Part shown: positions 48,967-58,727 of the stretch, in pieces
How the letters are laid out: each line of letters starts with the position of its first letter
Numbering within the stretch: position 1 is the stretch's first letter
Assembly: GCA_016182235.1 (NCBI GenBank)
Contig: JACOXT010000003.1
Coordinates: 258,209 to 322,208, forward strand
Source of the DNA: Candidatus Levyibacteriota bacterium
GTDB lineage: Bacteria; Patescibacteriota; Microgenomatia; Levybacterales; UBA12049
DNA length: 64,000 nucleotides
Direction: 5' to 3'
Notes under the pieces: generated by a model
What the model was told of the DNA's origin: nothing
What the model saw: only the letters and a program-made list of their open reading frames with translations
Databases searched by the model: none
Translations under genes and position numbers: made by a program

Positions 48967-49890
48967 ATGGATCCAAATCAACAAGCTCAATCAATTCAAC
49001 CAGAAACTTTTCTGAAACCAGATTTACCACAACCAATTAATGAAATTCCTTCTTCGAGAAATAAATTGAAATTAATTTTGTTAATAATTACCCTTTTGGT
49101 TATAGTTGGACTGGGGACATATTATTTAAGCGTAAAACAAAATAAATTAAATCAACAAGTAACCATAACTCCCACTGTTGCTCAGCTATCCCCAACGCTG
49201 ATAGAGACAAATACGCAGCAGAAAAATATTAAAATATCTCCTTCTGTTCCATCCATAAAGCCATCCAACACGCCAATCCCTCCAACTTCTACCACAGCTC
49301 CAACTGCGATCCCATTAGGGATTTATATGCACTTACTTGACAATAAGACTGGAGAACCTATCTCAAGTGATGGGATAAGAATTACCATAAACGGAGAAGG
49401 ACTTAACAGAACTGTTGAAAATCAAGCAGAAGTTTATTTTGAGCTTTCCTCCCCCGGAACTTATGAAGTTATTCCAAATAGTCCATCAAAATATCAACCC
49501 GATGTAGTTTATTGCAATGACAATAGTAAATGCTTTGCTACTTCGTCCGTATTTTGCGGTACAAAAGTAATAATCACTCAAGGAAAAATTGACGTTTGGT
49601 GTAAATATGAATATTTGGATGATGTTAATCTTAGCTCAATAGACCCTAACTCTGGATCGGTTGGAAGCGCAATTACCCTTCGAGGATCCGGATTTGGTAC
49701 ATCAAAAGGATCTGTCAGTTTTTATAATTCAAACGGGCAAGCTTCAGGAGGAGCACCAATAACCAGCTGGACTGACATAGAAATAAAAGCCAATGTTCCA
49801 GGAATTCTTGCAGGAAATTCTACTTATCAGGTTGAAGTTGAAAGTTATTATGGATTCAAAAGCAACAGAGCTACTTTTACTGTTAAATAA
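48967..49890 (+). CDS. membrane-anchored surface protein with Pro/Thr linker and IPT/TIG domain
   Basis: Single TM; SSIDPNSGSVGSAITLRGSGFG...SWTDIEI. Confidence 0.85.
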   Translation: MDPNQQAQSIQPETFLKPDLPQPINEIPSSRNKLKLILLIITLLVIVGLGTYYLSVKQNKLNQQVTITPTVAQLSPTLIETNTQQKNIKISPSVPSIKPSNTPIPPTSTTAPTAIPLGIYMHLLDNKTGEPISSDGIRITINGEGLNRTVENQAEVYFELSSPGTYEVIPNSPSKYQPDVVYCNDNSKCFATSSVFCGTKVIITQGKIDVWCKYEYLDDVNLSSIDPNSGSVGSAITLRGSGFGTSKGSVSFYNSNGQASGGAPITSWTDIEIKANVPGILAGNSTYQVEVESYYGFKSNRATFTVK

Positions 49891-49915
49891 ATTAAACTAT
49901 CATCCTTAAAGAATT

Positions 49916-49950
49916 AGGTGGCGAGGGTGTTTCTCCTTTCAAGCGGAGAC
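49916..49950 (+). repeat. cassette-boundary hairpin repeat, copy 4
   Basis: AGGTGGCGAGGGTGTTTCTCCTTTCAAGCGGAGAC; stem TCTCC/GGAGA is a compensatory variant. Confidence 0.8.
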
Positions 49951-50009
49951 TTCTATCGTAGAAAAAAACAGATTCTGGCTGCTAGCGATGAATTTGATAT
50001 AATCGCGTT

Positions 50010-50723
50010 ATGATCAAGCTTATAATATTTGATTGGGATGATGTCTTTACTAAGGGCTCAACAGAAGGTTACTTTAGATCTTATCATCAAGCGTTAGTTT
50101 CTGTTGGAGTAAATTTAAGTCCAGAAGAAGAGAAAAAAAGAATTTTAGCCAAATGGGGTTCTCCTGTTGAAGAAGAATTAGGCGAACTATTGCAAGAGCA
50201 CCCGCAGCTTCTTGATGAAGCTGTAGTCAATTACGAAAGAATTCTTTTTAGTAATACGTTTGTCGATTGCCTTTCTCTCGTTGAAGGAGCACGATCATTA
50301 TTAAAGCGACTAAGCGAAAATTATACACTTACTGTTGCGACTGGTATAAATCCAAGACTTCTAAAAGAGAAAATAATGCCTAAATTTGATATTCCGCCAG
50401 TTTTCTCCCAAATAGTATCAGTTTATGATGTTCCTGACAAAGACAAAGGAAAACCACACCCTTTTATGGTAGAGCAGATTTTGACTGCGCAACATGTGCT
50501 ACCAGAAGAAGCTGTGCTTGTAGGAGATGCGAGAAACGACGTACTGATGGCAAGAGCAGCGGGTGTCACTCCAATAGTGGTATTAACTGGTCATTTGAAT
50601 GAGACAGAAGCAAGAGAAATGGGAATTCCCCATATTATTCCAGATGTTACACATCTTGAGAGAGTATTATCTCACCTTCAGCGCCTGGAAGGACAAACAA
50701 TAAATGGTAAGGAAAGACTGTAA
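50010..50723 (+). CDS. HAD-family phosphatase
   Basis: IIFDWDD, KPHP and VGDARND motifs. Confidence 0.92.
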   Translation: MIKLIIFDWDDVFTKGSTEGYFRSYHQALVSVGVNLSPEEEKKRILAKWGSPVEEELGELLQEHPQLLDEAVVNYERILFSNTFVDCLSLVEGARSLLKRLSENYTLTVATGINPRLLKEKIMPKFDIPPVFSQIVSVYDVPDKDKGKPHPFMVEQILTAQHVLPEEAVLVGDARNDVLMARAAGVTPIVVLTGHLNETEAREMGIPHIIPDVTHLERVLSHLQRLEGQTINGKERL

Positions 50724-50752
50724 AACCGATACAGTCAAATATTATTAATTCT

Positions 50753-51277
50753 ATGGAAATCATCAGGGCAAAACACTTTATTCTACGGCCTTTTAAAAAG
50801 GGTGATGAGGAGTCGCTGGTAAAAAATATTAACAGCAAAAATATTTATCGTGCAACTCTTAATATTCCATATCCGTATACAATGAAGGACGCACTGCAAT
50901 GGATAAAGAAAAATGAAGATCTTCAAAAACAAACTTCTAGAACGTCAATTAATTTCGCTATTGACATTAAGGGAGATATTGTAGGAGGCATTGGTTTATC
51001 ATATATAGAAAGTTATAAGGCAGAGATTGGATATTGGCTTACAGAATCTTATTGGGGAAAAGGAATCGTGACAAAAGCAATAGGAAAAATAACTCAATTT
51101 GGGTTCGAACATTTAGGACTGAAACGGATTTATGCTGATGTGTTTTCTTTTAACAAAGCATCAATGAGAGTGTTGGAAAAGAATGACTATCAGCTCGAAG
51201 GTATACTTAGAAAAAATGTTTTAAAAGATGATAGATTGTTAGATGAATACCTTTACGCAAAAATTGTTAAAGGGTAG
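50753..51277 (+). CDS. RimJ/RimL-type GNAT acetyltransferase
   Basis: AEIGYWL...WGKGI and NKASMRVLEK motifs. Confidence 0.92.
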   Translation: MEIIRAKHFILRPFKKGDEESLVKNINSKNIYRATLNIPYPYTMKDALQWIKKNEDLQKQTSRTSINFAIDIKGDIVGGIGLSYIESYKAEIGYWLTESYWGKGIVTKAIGKITQFGFEHLGLKRIYADVFSFNKASMRVLEKNDYQLEGILRKNVLKDDRLLDEYLYAKIVKG

Positions 51278-51310
51278 TAGCGGGGCTATTTCACCTTCCA
51301 AGTGACGATC
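51277..51310 (+). repeat. cassette-boundary hairpin repeat, copy 5
   Basis: GTAGCGGGGCTATTTCACCTTCCAAGTGACGATC followed by a second CAGGTGACAATC. Confidence 0.85.
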
Positions 51311-51358
51311 TGCAGGTGACAATCTCACATTACTCGTATAAAATAAACTTAATGTAAA

Positions 51359-52462
51359 ATGAGATCTCACGAGTTTGAGTCTATAAACCTTGAAAGATCT
51401 AATACTAATATAAGCATTACCAGGGACTTAAGGGAAAAGTGCTTTATTAAAGATGGGTCTCCTTTATGGTGGGGTACTGATCATGCTCCCGATCCCAGAG
51501 AATATATTTCATTCGATGAATTTATAGGAAGGTTAGTCTATTTAGGTAATTGTCGTGTAACATCTTCCGATGCTGCGCTACTAGGATTGCCATCTAGGGA
51601 GAAAGATGTATACTTATATCCTGATCCACGAGTGCCAATATCTGTTATTGAATTGGACGTTAATGGTCAAAACTTGCCATTGTTGATAACTGTAAGGCCC
51701 TACCATGAGAAAGAACTTGATTCTAGTCCATTTCCTGTCTTTCTGAATGAACACAGATCTATAGAGGAACTTCCTGATTATATTACTTCAGGTGGAGTTA
51801 TAAACCTTCCAGAGCATTTTTTTCCTCATATAAGAGGTTTGTTTGTTGGTAAAAGAGGAAATAATCATTTTTGGTACCCACTGCATACAAGTAGTTGGAG
51901 AGATTTTGGTAGAGACATTGAACAAGCTTTAGCGGAAAAGAAGCTATCTTTTATTGGGCTATATCAACCTCCCATGTCAGACGAAAGAACTTATGGCGAA
52001 GTCTGGAATGAATTAAAAGGAAAAGGTGATTTGGTTGAACAGAGAAGCCCAAAATGGATAGATTTTCCTAGCGTTGAAGTATCTGTTGAGGAATTTATTA
52101 AAGATCATCAAAGATCTGATTTGTTGCTTTTTTATCCCATACGACTTGAAGGTATAGATAATACCTTGCCACTAGTAATTACTTCAAAGACGCACAAAGA
52201 AAGTAAAGTTAGAAGACCAATTGTATTAGGTATTTATGCGGAGAATGGTTTAAGCGGAAGATCTAGGAGGAGTGGAATACTACGAATAAAACAACTACAA
52301 CTTGCAGAAGATATAAGTAGAGTTATTTCTGAGGATTTTGGAATTCCGGTGGATACTTTACTATTCACTCCTCAAAAAGGAAGACCAAAGTATCAACGTG
52401 TCTCTTCTACAACTTTGGATAGCGAGGTTGTTTCTCCTATTTTAGGTGTGGGGTGTAAATGA
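51359..52462 (+). CDS. hypothetical protein
   Basis: 367-aa ORF, no recognised family. Confidence 0.7.
   Translation: MRSHEFESINLERSNTNISITRDLREKCFIKDGSPLWWGTDHAPDPREYISFDEFIGRLVYLGNCRVTSSDAALLGLPSREKDVYLYPDPRVPISVIELDVNGQNLPLLITVRPYHEKELDSSPFPVFLNEHRSIEELPDYITSGGVINLPEHFFPHIRGLFVGKRGNNHFWYPLHTSSWRDFGRDIEQALAEKKLSFIGLYQPPMSDERTYGEVWNELKGKGDLVEQRSPKWIDFPSVEVSVEEFIKDHQRSDLLLFYPIRLEGIDNTLPLVITSKTHKESKVRRPIVLGIYAENGLSGRSRRSGILRIKQLQLAEDISRVISEDFGIPVDTLLFTPQKGRPKYQRVSSTTLDSEVVSPILGVGCK
52418..52450 (+). repeat. cassette-boundary repeat, copy 6 (degenerate, inside the ORF 3' end)
   Basis: GATAGCGAGGTTGTTTCTCCTATTTTAGGTGTG. Confidence 0.6.
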
Positions 52463-52908
52463 ATAAGAGCAACAAAACAATAACGATCTGCTCTAGTGCC
52501 TCGTTTTACAAAGATGTACTTGAGATTGAGAGAAAGCTTAAGAAATTAGGATTTCAAGTTAAGATCCCCCAAACTGCATACAAGATGCAAAAAAGCGGAA
52601 ATTTTAAGGTTGAGGATTATAAAACTTGGTTTAGAAATAAGGATGACTATAGGAGAAAGACAAAGCTTATGAATGATCATTTCAAGAAAGTAATTCAGGG
52701 AGACGCCATTCTTGTAATAAATAAAGAAAAGAAGGGAATCGCAGGATATATAGGAGGAAATACTTTAATGGAAATGACTTTAGCTTATTATCATAAAAAG
52801 AAGATTTTTATATGGGATGAGATTGATAGTAGCTTGCCTATTGAAGAAGAAGTAAGAGGGTTGAATCCAATCTTTGTTGAGAAGAATTTATCAAGAATTA
52901 TTATCTAG
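52459..52908 (+). CDS. nucleoside 2-deoxyribosyltransferase-like fold protein
   Basis: ITICSS, DAILVIN...GYIGGNTLMEM.LAY. Confidence 0.65.
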   Translation: MNKSNKTITICSSASFYKDVLEIERKLKKLGFQVKIPQTAYKMQKSGNFKVEDYKTWFRNKDDYRRKTKLMNDHFKKVIQGDAILVINKEKKGIAGYIGGNTLMEMTLAYYHKKKIFIWDEIDSSLPIEEEVRGLNPIFVEKNLSRIII

Positions 52909-52966
52909 TGATGTATAACAACTTTATGGATTTGGCGAAGAGGCATTGTGTGTCGAGAGGAGGAAT

Positions 52967-54052
52967 CTAGAACCAGCGCCTGTATTTGAAATACCAAAGC
53001 ATAGGAAGAACAGGCAGTATTGCTCCTAAAATAACAAGAATAAACATTGTATAAGGTCCAAAGAAATTCCAAGATCCGGTTTGTATTCCTCCGGGTAGGA
53101 AAACGTTCATTCCGTAAAAGGTTCCTATGACTGTAGCAGGAACGGTAAGCGTAAAAAGTATAGTCAGAACCGTCATAATTTCATTGGTTCTTGATCTTAA
53201 CAAGAATTCATTGCTTTCCGATATGCCCTCTATTAACTCTTTGCTATCTTCAAGTCTATGACCTATTTTTTTTAAATGGTCATGAACATTACTCCAATAA
53301 GACGTCATATTGCCGTTTAATGTTCTATATTCGCCTGCCTCAAGATGTTTAAAAAGAGGCAGAATTGGTTTTATCATAGTGTGGAAAAAAACAAGGTTTC
53401 GTCTGGTGATAGAGATTTCCTCAAGAGCTGTTTTGGTTCTTTTGTTTTCGAGCTCCTGGTCAATTTTTTCGATCATTACAATAAGTTCGTTGATTATCGG
53501 AAAGCAGTTGTCTACGAGCGCATCAATTATTTTATATGCAAGAAATACGCTTCCCTGGCCCATAAAGTAGTCCCTATTATGAAGAGTTTTTTGACATTGA
53601 GAAAAAATATGGTTGATAGGAGTAAGGACCCCTTCATGAAGAACTACAATGTATTCTTTTCCAATAAATAAATTGACATGGGATGTTAGAATTCTTCTAG
53701 CGCTAACTGAGGTGAAATGAAAAATTGGCAAAGAGGAAAGAGCCGCATGAGGAATATTGAGAAGCTGCGCTATTGAATGTCTGTATCCTTTTTCATTATT
53801 GCCGTTTCCATTACCATTTGTAGCATTTGAATTTACGCCGTTGCCGTTTTGTTTAAAAAAAGGAAAATCCAAAACAATAAGAGTATAATTTGGATACTCT
53901 TGTATTTTTGGCACTTGAGTTCTATGAATATAGTCTTCGAGATCCAAAGAATTGAAGCCAAAGTTTTTCTTGAGATCTTTAATCTCGAGTTCATGCGGAT
54001 TGGTTACATCTACGAATGAAAACTTATTAAAGTTAACTGTTTGAGCGTTCAT
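52967..54052 (-). CDS. corA: CorA-family Mg2+ transporter
   Basis: FYGMN signature between two C-terminal TM segments. Confidence 0.9.
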   Translation of the reverse strand: MNAQTVNFNKFSFVDVTNPHELEIKDLKKNFGFNSLDLEDYIHRTQVPKIQEYPNYTLIVLDFPFFKQNGNGVNSNATNGNGNGNNEKGYRHSIAQLLNIPHAALSSLPIFHFTSVSARRILTSHVNLFIGKEYIVVLHEGVLTPINHIFSQCQKTLHNRDYFMGQGSVFLAYKIIDALVDNCFPIINELIVMIEKIDQELENKRTKTALEEISITRRNLVFFHTMIKPILPLFKHLEAGEYRTLNGNMTSYWSNVHDHLKKIGHRLEDSKELIEGISESNEFLLRSRTNEIMTVLTILFTLTVPATVIGTFYGMNVFLPGGIQTGSWNFFGPYTMFILVILGAILPVLPMLWYFKYRRWF

Positions 54053-54193
54053 TAAAGAGTACTATATTTAAATATTAGACCTAACTAGCTATTTGTCAAT
54101 CCCTAAATTTCTATTGACCAAATGTGAATTTTATATTATAGTTTGTTAAAAGGCAAGCATAACCTAAACAGTGTCGGAATCTATTATAGGCTA

Positions 54194-54227
54194 TTGACAA
54201 TTAGCAGATGTTATGCTAGATTGCTAA
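54194..54227 (+). promoter_or_regulatory. lon promoter with CIRCE-like inverted repeat
   Basis: TTGACA-17-TAGATT; TTAGCAGAT-N9-GATTGCTAA at 54201-54227. Confidence 0.6.
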
Positions 54228-54228
54228 T

Positions 54229-56580
54229 ATGGAAAAAGTTATTCCTTTAATACCAATACGAGACGGGGTAGTTTTCCCAAATACAGATTCGGTATTAACA
54301 TTTGGCAGACCAAAAAGTTTGGCCGCCCTTGAAGCCTCATTTACGAGCGAAAGAATCGTATGTTTCGTTCTCCAGAAAAATTCGAAGCTTAATGACCCCG
54401 CACCTATGGACTTATATACTGTTGCAACTCTTTCCCGAATTGAACGCATGACAAGAACAGAAGGAGAAATAATAGCACAGGTTAGGGGAATTTCTAGGGT
54501 TAAGATAAACTCGATTGAAGAACATGGATCGTATCTTATAGCCAAGGTTGTTGAGATGCCAGATGTAGCCGATAACAGCCCGGAAATAAAAGCACTTTGT
54601 AATCACCTAACAAATGAATTTCGAAGAGCGATGAATCTTGGAAAGAGTGTGGATTTCCTGGTGTTCATGAATATCATGTCTGATAATTCTCCCCATGAGC
54701 TTGCGGATCTTATCGCGTCTGTTTTGGATGTCAAGCCTTCTGAAAGGCAAGAACTTTTAGAAATAACTAACGTTAGAACAAGACTTGAGAAAATAGCGGA
54801 TTTTCTTACAAAAGAACTTAAAGTCTTGGAGCTTGAGAAACGTATCGCGTCAAAAACCCAAGAAAGGTTTGAAAAAGGCGCAAGGGAAGCGATTTTAAGA
54901 GAAAGGCTTAAGACGATAGAAAAAGAGCTTGGAGAAGAAGAAGATAGCGGAACACGTGAGTACATGGAAAAAATTAAAGAAGCTAAAATGCCCGAGGAAA
55001 TCGCTGAAAAAGCTAGAAAAGAAGTTAAAAAGCTTTCCCAAATGGCCCAATTTAACCCGGAGGCAGGTTACATCAGGAATTATCTCGATTGGTTAGTCGC
55101 CCTTCCTTGGGGAATAAGAAGTAAAAACAACGTAAATATTAAGAATGCGGAAAAGATTTTGGATGAAGACCACTATGGATTGAATAAGGTTAAAGAAAGA
55201 ATAGTTGAGTATTTGGCGGTTCACAAACTTTCAGGGAAAATGAAAGGTCCAATACTTTGTTTTGCAGGACCTCCGGGAGTTGGTAAAACATCAATTGGAA
55301 AATCAATCGCAAGATCACTGGGAAGAAAATTTGTGAGAGTTTCTCTTGGAGGGATAAGAGATGAGGCAGAAATTCGAGGACATAGACGTACTTATGTTGG
55401 GGCACTGCCCGGTAGGATTATTCAAGGTATTAAAGACGCAGGTACCAGAAACCCGATTTTTATGCTTGATGAAATTGATAAAGTCGGAGCGGATTTTAGA
55501 GGCGATCCTTCTTCAGCGCTTTTGGAGGCGCTTGATCCAGAGCAAAACCACCAATTTTCGGATCATTATTTAGAAGTTCCCTTTGATCTCTCAGACGTAA
55601 TGTTTGTGACAACAGCAAATGTGCTAGATACGATTCCGCCAGCCTTAAGAGATAGGCTTGAAATTATAAATTTCTCTGGCTATACTCTTGATGAGAAATT
55701 TAAAATAGCCCGTGAGTTCTTACTAAAAAAACAAATAGAAAGTCATGGTTTGACAACTGAGAAAGTTAAGCTTTCTGATGAAGCGCTGAAATTTGTTATA
55801 GAGCACTATACAAGAGAGGCGGGAGTCAGGAGCTTAGAAAGACAAATAGCGACAATTCTTCGAAAGATTGCCAAGCAAATAGCAGAAGGCAAAAAGACAA
55901 AGATTCTTGTCACAGAAAAAGATGTCCCGAAGTATTTGGGTCCAATCAAGATTAGCTCTACTCTTCTTGAGAAAAAAGACGAAATTGGCATGTCAACGGG
56001 ACTTGCTTGGACAGAAGCAGGCGGAGACATATTGTTTATAGAGGTTGCTCTCATGCCGGGGAAAGGTCAGCTAATCCTTACAGGTCAGCTCGGGGATGTA
56101 ATGAAGGAATCCTGTCAAGCCGCGATGTCTTACATTAGGGCTCGAGCGGGCCAACTTGGGCTTCCTGAGAAGTTTTATCAGAAAATTGATGTTCATATCC
56201 ATGTTCCCGAAGGGGCAGTTCCTAAAGATGGTCCTTCTGCTGGAATTCCAATAGCAACAGCAATAATATCAGCTCTAACTAAAATTCCTGTAAATAGAAA
56301 AGTTGGGATGACTGGAGAAATAACTTTAAGAGGCAGAGTTATGGAAATTGGCGGGCTTAAGGAAAAAGTAATTGCTGCTCATAGAGCGGGAGTCAAGACA
56401 ATTGTTCTTCCGAAAGAAAATAGAAAAGACCTTGAAGATATTCCTAAGGAAGTTTTGAAAGATCTGAGATTTAAATTCGTTTCTCACATGGATGAGGTTT
56501 TAGGAATTTCCCTTAAAGAGTCCTTAAAAGTTAAAAAAATTGATGGCGTTCCAACTCATCAACCTTTCCTCCACGCGTAG
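54229..56580 (+). CDS. lon: ATP-dependent protease La
   Basis: [18 protein letters not shown] and PKDGPSAG motifs. Confidence 0.98.
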   Translation: MEKVIPLIPIRDGVVFPNTDSVLTFGRPKSLAALEASFTSERIVCFVLQKNSKLNDPAPMDLYTVATLSRIERMTRTEGEIIAQVRGISRVKINSIEEHGSYLIAKVVEMPDVADNSPEIKALCNHLTNEFRRAMNLGKSVDFLVFMNIMSDNSPHELADLIASVLDVKPSERQELLEITNVRTRLEKIADFLTKELKVLELEKRIASKTQERFEKGAREAILRERLKTIEKELGEEEDSGTREYMEKIKEAKMPEEIAEKARKEVKKLSQMAQFNPEAGYIRNYLDWLVALPWGIRSKNNVNIKNAEKILDEDHYGLNKVKERIVEYLAVHKLSGKMKGPILCFAGPPGVGKTSIGKSIARSLGRKFVRVSLGGIRDEAEIRGHRRTYVGALPGRIIQGIKDAGTRNPIFMLDEIDKVGADFRGDPSSALLEALDPEQNHQFSDHYLEVPFDLSDVMFVTTANVLDTIPPALRDRLEIINFSGYTLDEKFKIAREFLLKKQIESHGLTTEKVKLSDEALKFVIEHYTREAGVRSLERQIATILRKIAKQIAEGKKTKILVTEKDVPKYLGPIKISSTLLEKKDEIGMSTGLAWTEAGGDILFIEVALMPGKGQLILTGQLGDVMKESCQAAMSYIRARAGQLGLPEKFYQKIDVHIHVPEGAVPKDGPSAGIPIATAIISALTKIPVNRKVGMTGEITLRGRVMEIGGLKEKVIAAHRAGVKTIVLPKENRKDLEDIPKEVLKDLRFKFVSHMDEVLGISLKESLKVKKIDGVPTHQPFLHA

Positions 56581-56615
56581 CTTATTCTTTAACTTAGCCC
56601 TATTTCTGGTTTGTG

Positions 56616-56689
56616 TAGCCCCAAGGGGACTCGAACCCCTGATCTTCACCTTGAGAAGGTGACGTCCTAGACCACTAGACGATGGGGCC
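56616..56689 (-). tRNA. tRNA-Glu (CTC)
   Basis: GGCCCCA/TGGGGCT acceptor, TCACC-TT CTC AA-GGTGA anticodon arm, GGTTCGAGTCC; CCA not encoded. Confidence 0.95.
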
Positions 56690-56772
56690 TTAGACTTCCT
56701 ATATTTTACCTCAAAAACTCTTTCTAGGCAAACTAGTTTGTTCTCCTATTTATTTTCTTGTATAATTTTGTG

Positions 56773-57528
56773 GTGAAGCAAATATTCCTGTCAGTAGTGA
56801 TTCCTTCGTATGATGAGATGGCGAATCTTCAGAAAGGAGTTCTTGACAAAGTCGAGCATTTTTTAAATAAAAAAAAATATTCATATGAAGTTATTATTGT
56901 TGATGATGGTTCGACAGATGGAAGTATTGTGTTTGTGAGAAGATTTGTAAAAGAGAATCCTGATTTTAGATTGATTGAAAATTCCCATTTAGGTAAGGCA
57001 GGAGCAGTGACAAAGGGAATACTTGAGGCTAATGGAGCATATATCTTGTTTACTGATATGGATCAAGCAACACCCATTGAAGAGTTAGACAAGCTTTTGT
57101 CCTGCTTTAAAGAAGGTTATGATATTGTCATTGGGTCTAGAAATTCTCAAAGGAGAGGGTCGCCCTGGACCAGAATATTAATGGCCAAAGGAATGATATT
57201 TTTGAGGAATGTTTTGATAAATATTCGTGGAATTACCGATACACAATGCGGATTTAAAATGTTTAGGCACGACGTTGCCCAAAAACTCTTCAAAAGAATT
57301 AATTCACTACACAAAGGTTTTAATCGGGTATTTGGTTCAAGCGTCTCAGCAGGATTTGATGTAGAGGTGTTACATATTGCGCAAAAGATGGGTTACAAAA
57401 TTAAAGAAGTTCCGGTCAATTGGCTTTATGTAGAGACAAGAAGAGTAAATCCCATAAACGATTCCATCAAAGGTTTTTTTGATCTAGTAAAAATAAAAAT
57501 TAAAGATATTAAAGGAGAATACCGCTGA
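56773..57528 (+). CDS. dolichyl-phosphate glucosyltransferase-like GT2
   Basis: VDDGSTD, FTDMD, DTQCGFK and FDVE motifs; GTG start approximate. Confidence 0.9.
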   Translation: MKQIFLSVVIPSYDEMANLQKGVLDKVEHFLNKKKYSYEVIIVDDGSTDGSIVFVRRFVKENPDFRLIENSHLGKAGAVTKGILEANGAYILFTDMDQATPIEELDKLLSCFKEGYDIVIGSRNSQRRGSPWTRILMAKGMIFLRNVLINIRGITDTQCGFKMFRHDVAQKLFKRINSLHKGFNRVFGSSVSAGFDVEVLHIAQKMGYKIKEVPVNWLYVETRRVNPINDSIKGFFDLVKIKIKDIKGEYR

Positions 57529-57563
57529 AAAAGTTTTCAAATTTCAATTTTCAATTTTCAATT

Positions 57564-58727
57564 TTGAGTATGGGGTATTTGGCTGGGATTGTTGGATTGT
57601 TTTTTTATTCTTTTACTCAGATCGATCTTGGTCTTACTTTATCAGAATGGTCTATATGGCAAGCTGTGCAAAAATTTTTCCAAAATATAGGGTATTTTCA
57701 AAGGCCGCTTTCAAGCTTTATTTTCACCCTTATTATCTTAATACTTTTCTTATTTTATATTCTGATTCTTTGGGCAGTCAAAAAAAATAAGTTTACAAAG
57801 AGAAACGCTTGGTTTTTGATTGCATCAACCTCTATTATTTTGACATTTTCTTATAACGCTTTCTCTTATGATTTATTCAATTATATTTTCGACGCGAAAA
57901 TCATAACATATTATCATCAAAATCCATATTTTCAAAAAGCGCTTGATTATCCTAATGACCCAATGCTTTCTTTTATGCACTGGACCCATAGAACTTATCC
58001 TTACGGTCCTGTCTGGCTTTTATTAACAGCTCCTTTATCATTAGGAATACAATTTTTTTTACCCACTTTTTTTCTTTTCAAGACACTTACATCCTTAAGT
58101 TTTTTAGGAACTACTTTTTTTATTGGTAAAATTCTTAATAAAGTTTCTCCAAAAGATGAAATTCTCGGAACAGTCTTTTTCGCGCTCAACCCATTGGTTA
58201 TAGTAGAAAGTTTAGTTTCTGCACACAATGATATAACTATGATTTTCTTTGCTCTATTCGCTTTATATCTAATAATAGATAGAAAATATATTCGTTCATT
58301 TATATTACTCTTTATATCAATAGGAGTTAAGATTGCTACGATTTTTTTGTTACCTATTTTTGTTTACATACTTCTAAAAGTAAATAAAAAGTTAAGTTGG
58401 CAAAGAATATTACATCTTAGTATTTTGATGATGGTGATTGCTATAGTCTTAGCATCATATAGAACAAATTTTCAGCCATGGTACCTTTTATTTGTTTTGC
58501 CGTTTGTCGCCTTGTCGCCAAGATATTATTTTGTAATTCCAGGCCTTGTGTTTTCTTTAGTTTCTCTTTTACAGTATTTGCCTTTTTTATATACAGGTAA
58601 TTGGAATGAGCCTATTCCTTCAATACTTTCCGTTATGGTATATAGCTCTGTTTTTCTTTCTCTTTTTAGTGTTTTATTTTTTAGATTCGCATTTCTCAGG
58701 AGAGAAAGTGATAAGATAAGCATATGA
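57564..58727 (+). CDS. polyprenol-phosphate-sugar-dependent glycosyltransferase (MptA/GT87-like)
   Basis: SYDLFNY, YPYGP, AHND and QPWY motifs. Confidence 0.75.
   Translation: MSMGYLAGIVGLFFYSFTQIDLGLTLSEWSIWQAVQKFFQNIGYFQRPLSSFIFTLIILILFLFYILILWAVKKNKFTKRNAWFLIASTSIILTFSYNAFSYDLFNYIFDAKIITYYHQNPYFQKALDYPNDPMLSFMHWTHRTYPYGPVWLLLTAPLSLGIQFFLPTFFLFKTLTSLSFLGTTFFIGKILNKVSPKDEILGTVFFALNPLVIVESLVSAHNDITMIFFALFALYLIIDRKYIRSFILLFISIGVKIATIFLLPIFVYILLKVNKKLSWQRILHLSILMMVIAIVLASYRTNFQPWYLLFVLPFVALSPRYYFVIPGLVFSLVSLLQYLPFLYTGNWNEPIPSILSVMVYSSVFLSLFSVLFFRFAFLRRESDKISI

Noticed and set aside
46405..52450. CRISPR array or canonical integron interpretation of the 35-bp repeat
   Set aside because: Spacers are 0.5-1.9 kb genes; no cas or intI; no attC core sites
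53790..53850. Asn/Gly-rich insert in CorA
   Set aside because: Low-complexity loop with no further structure
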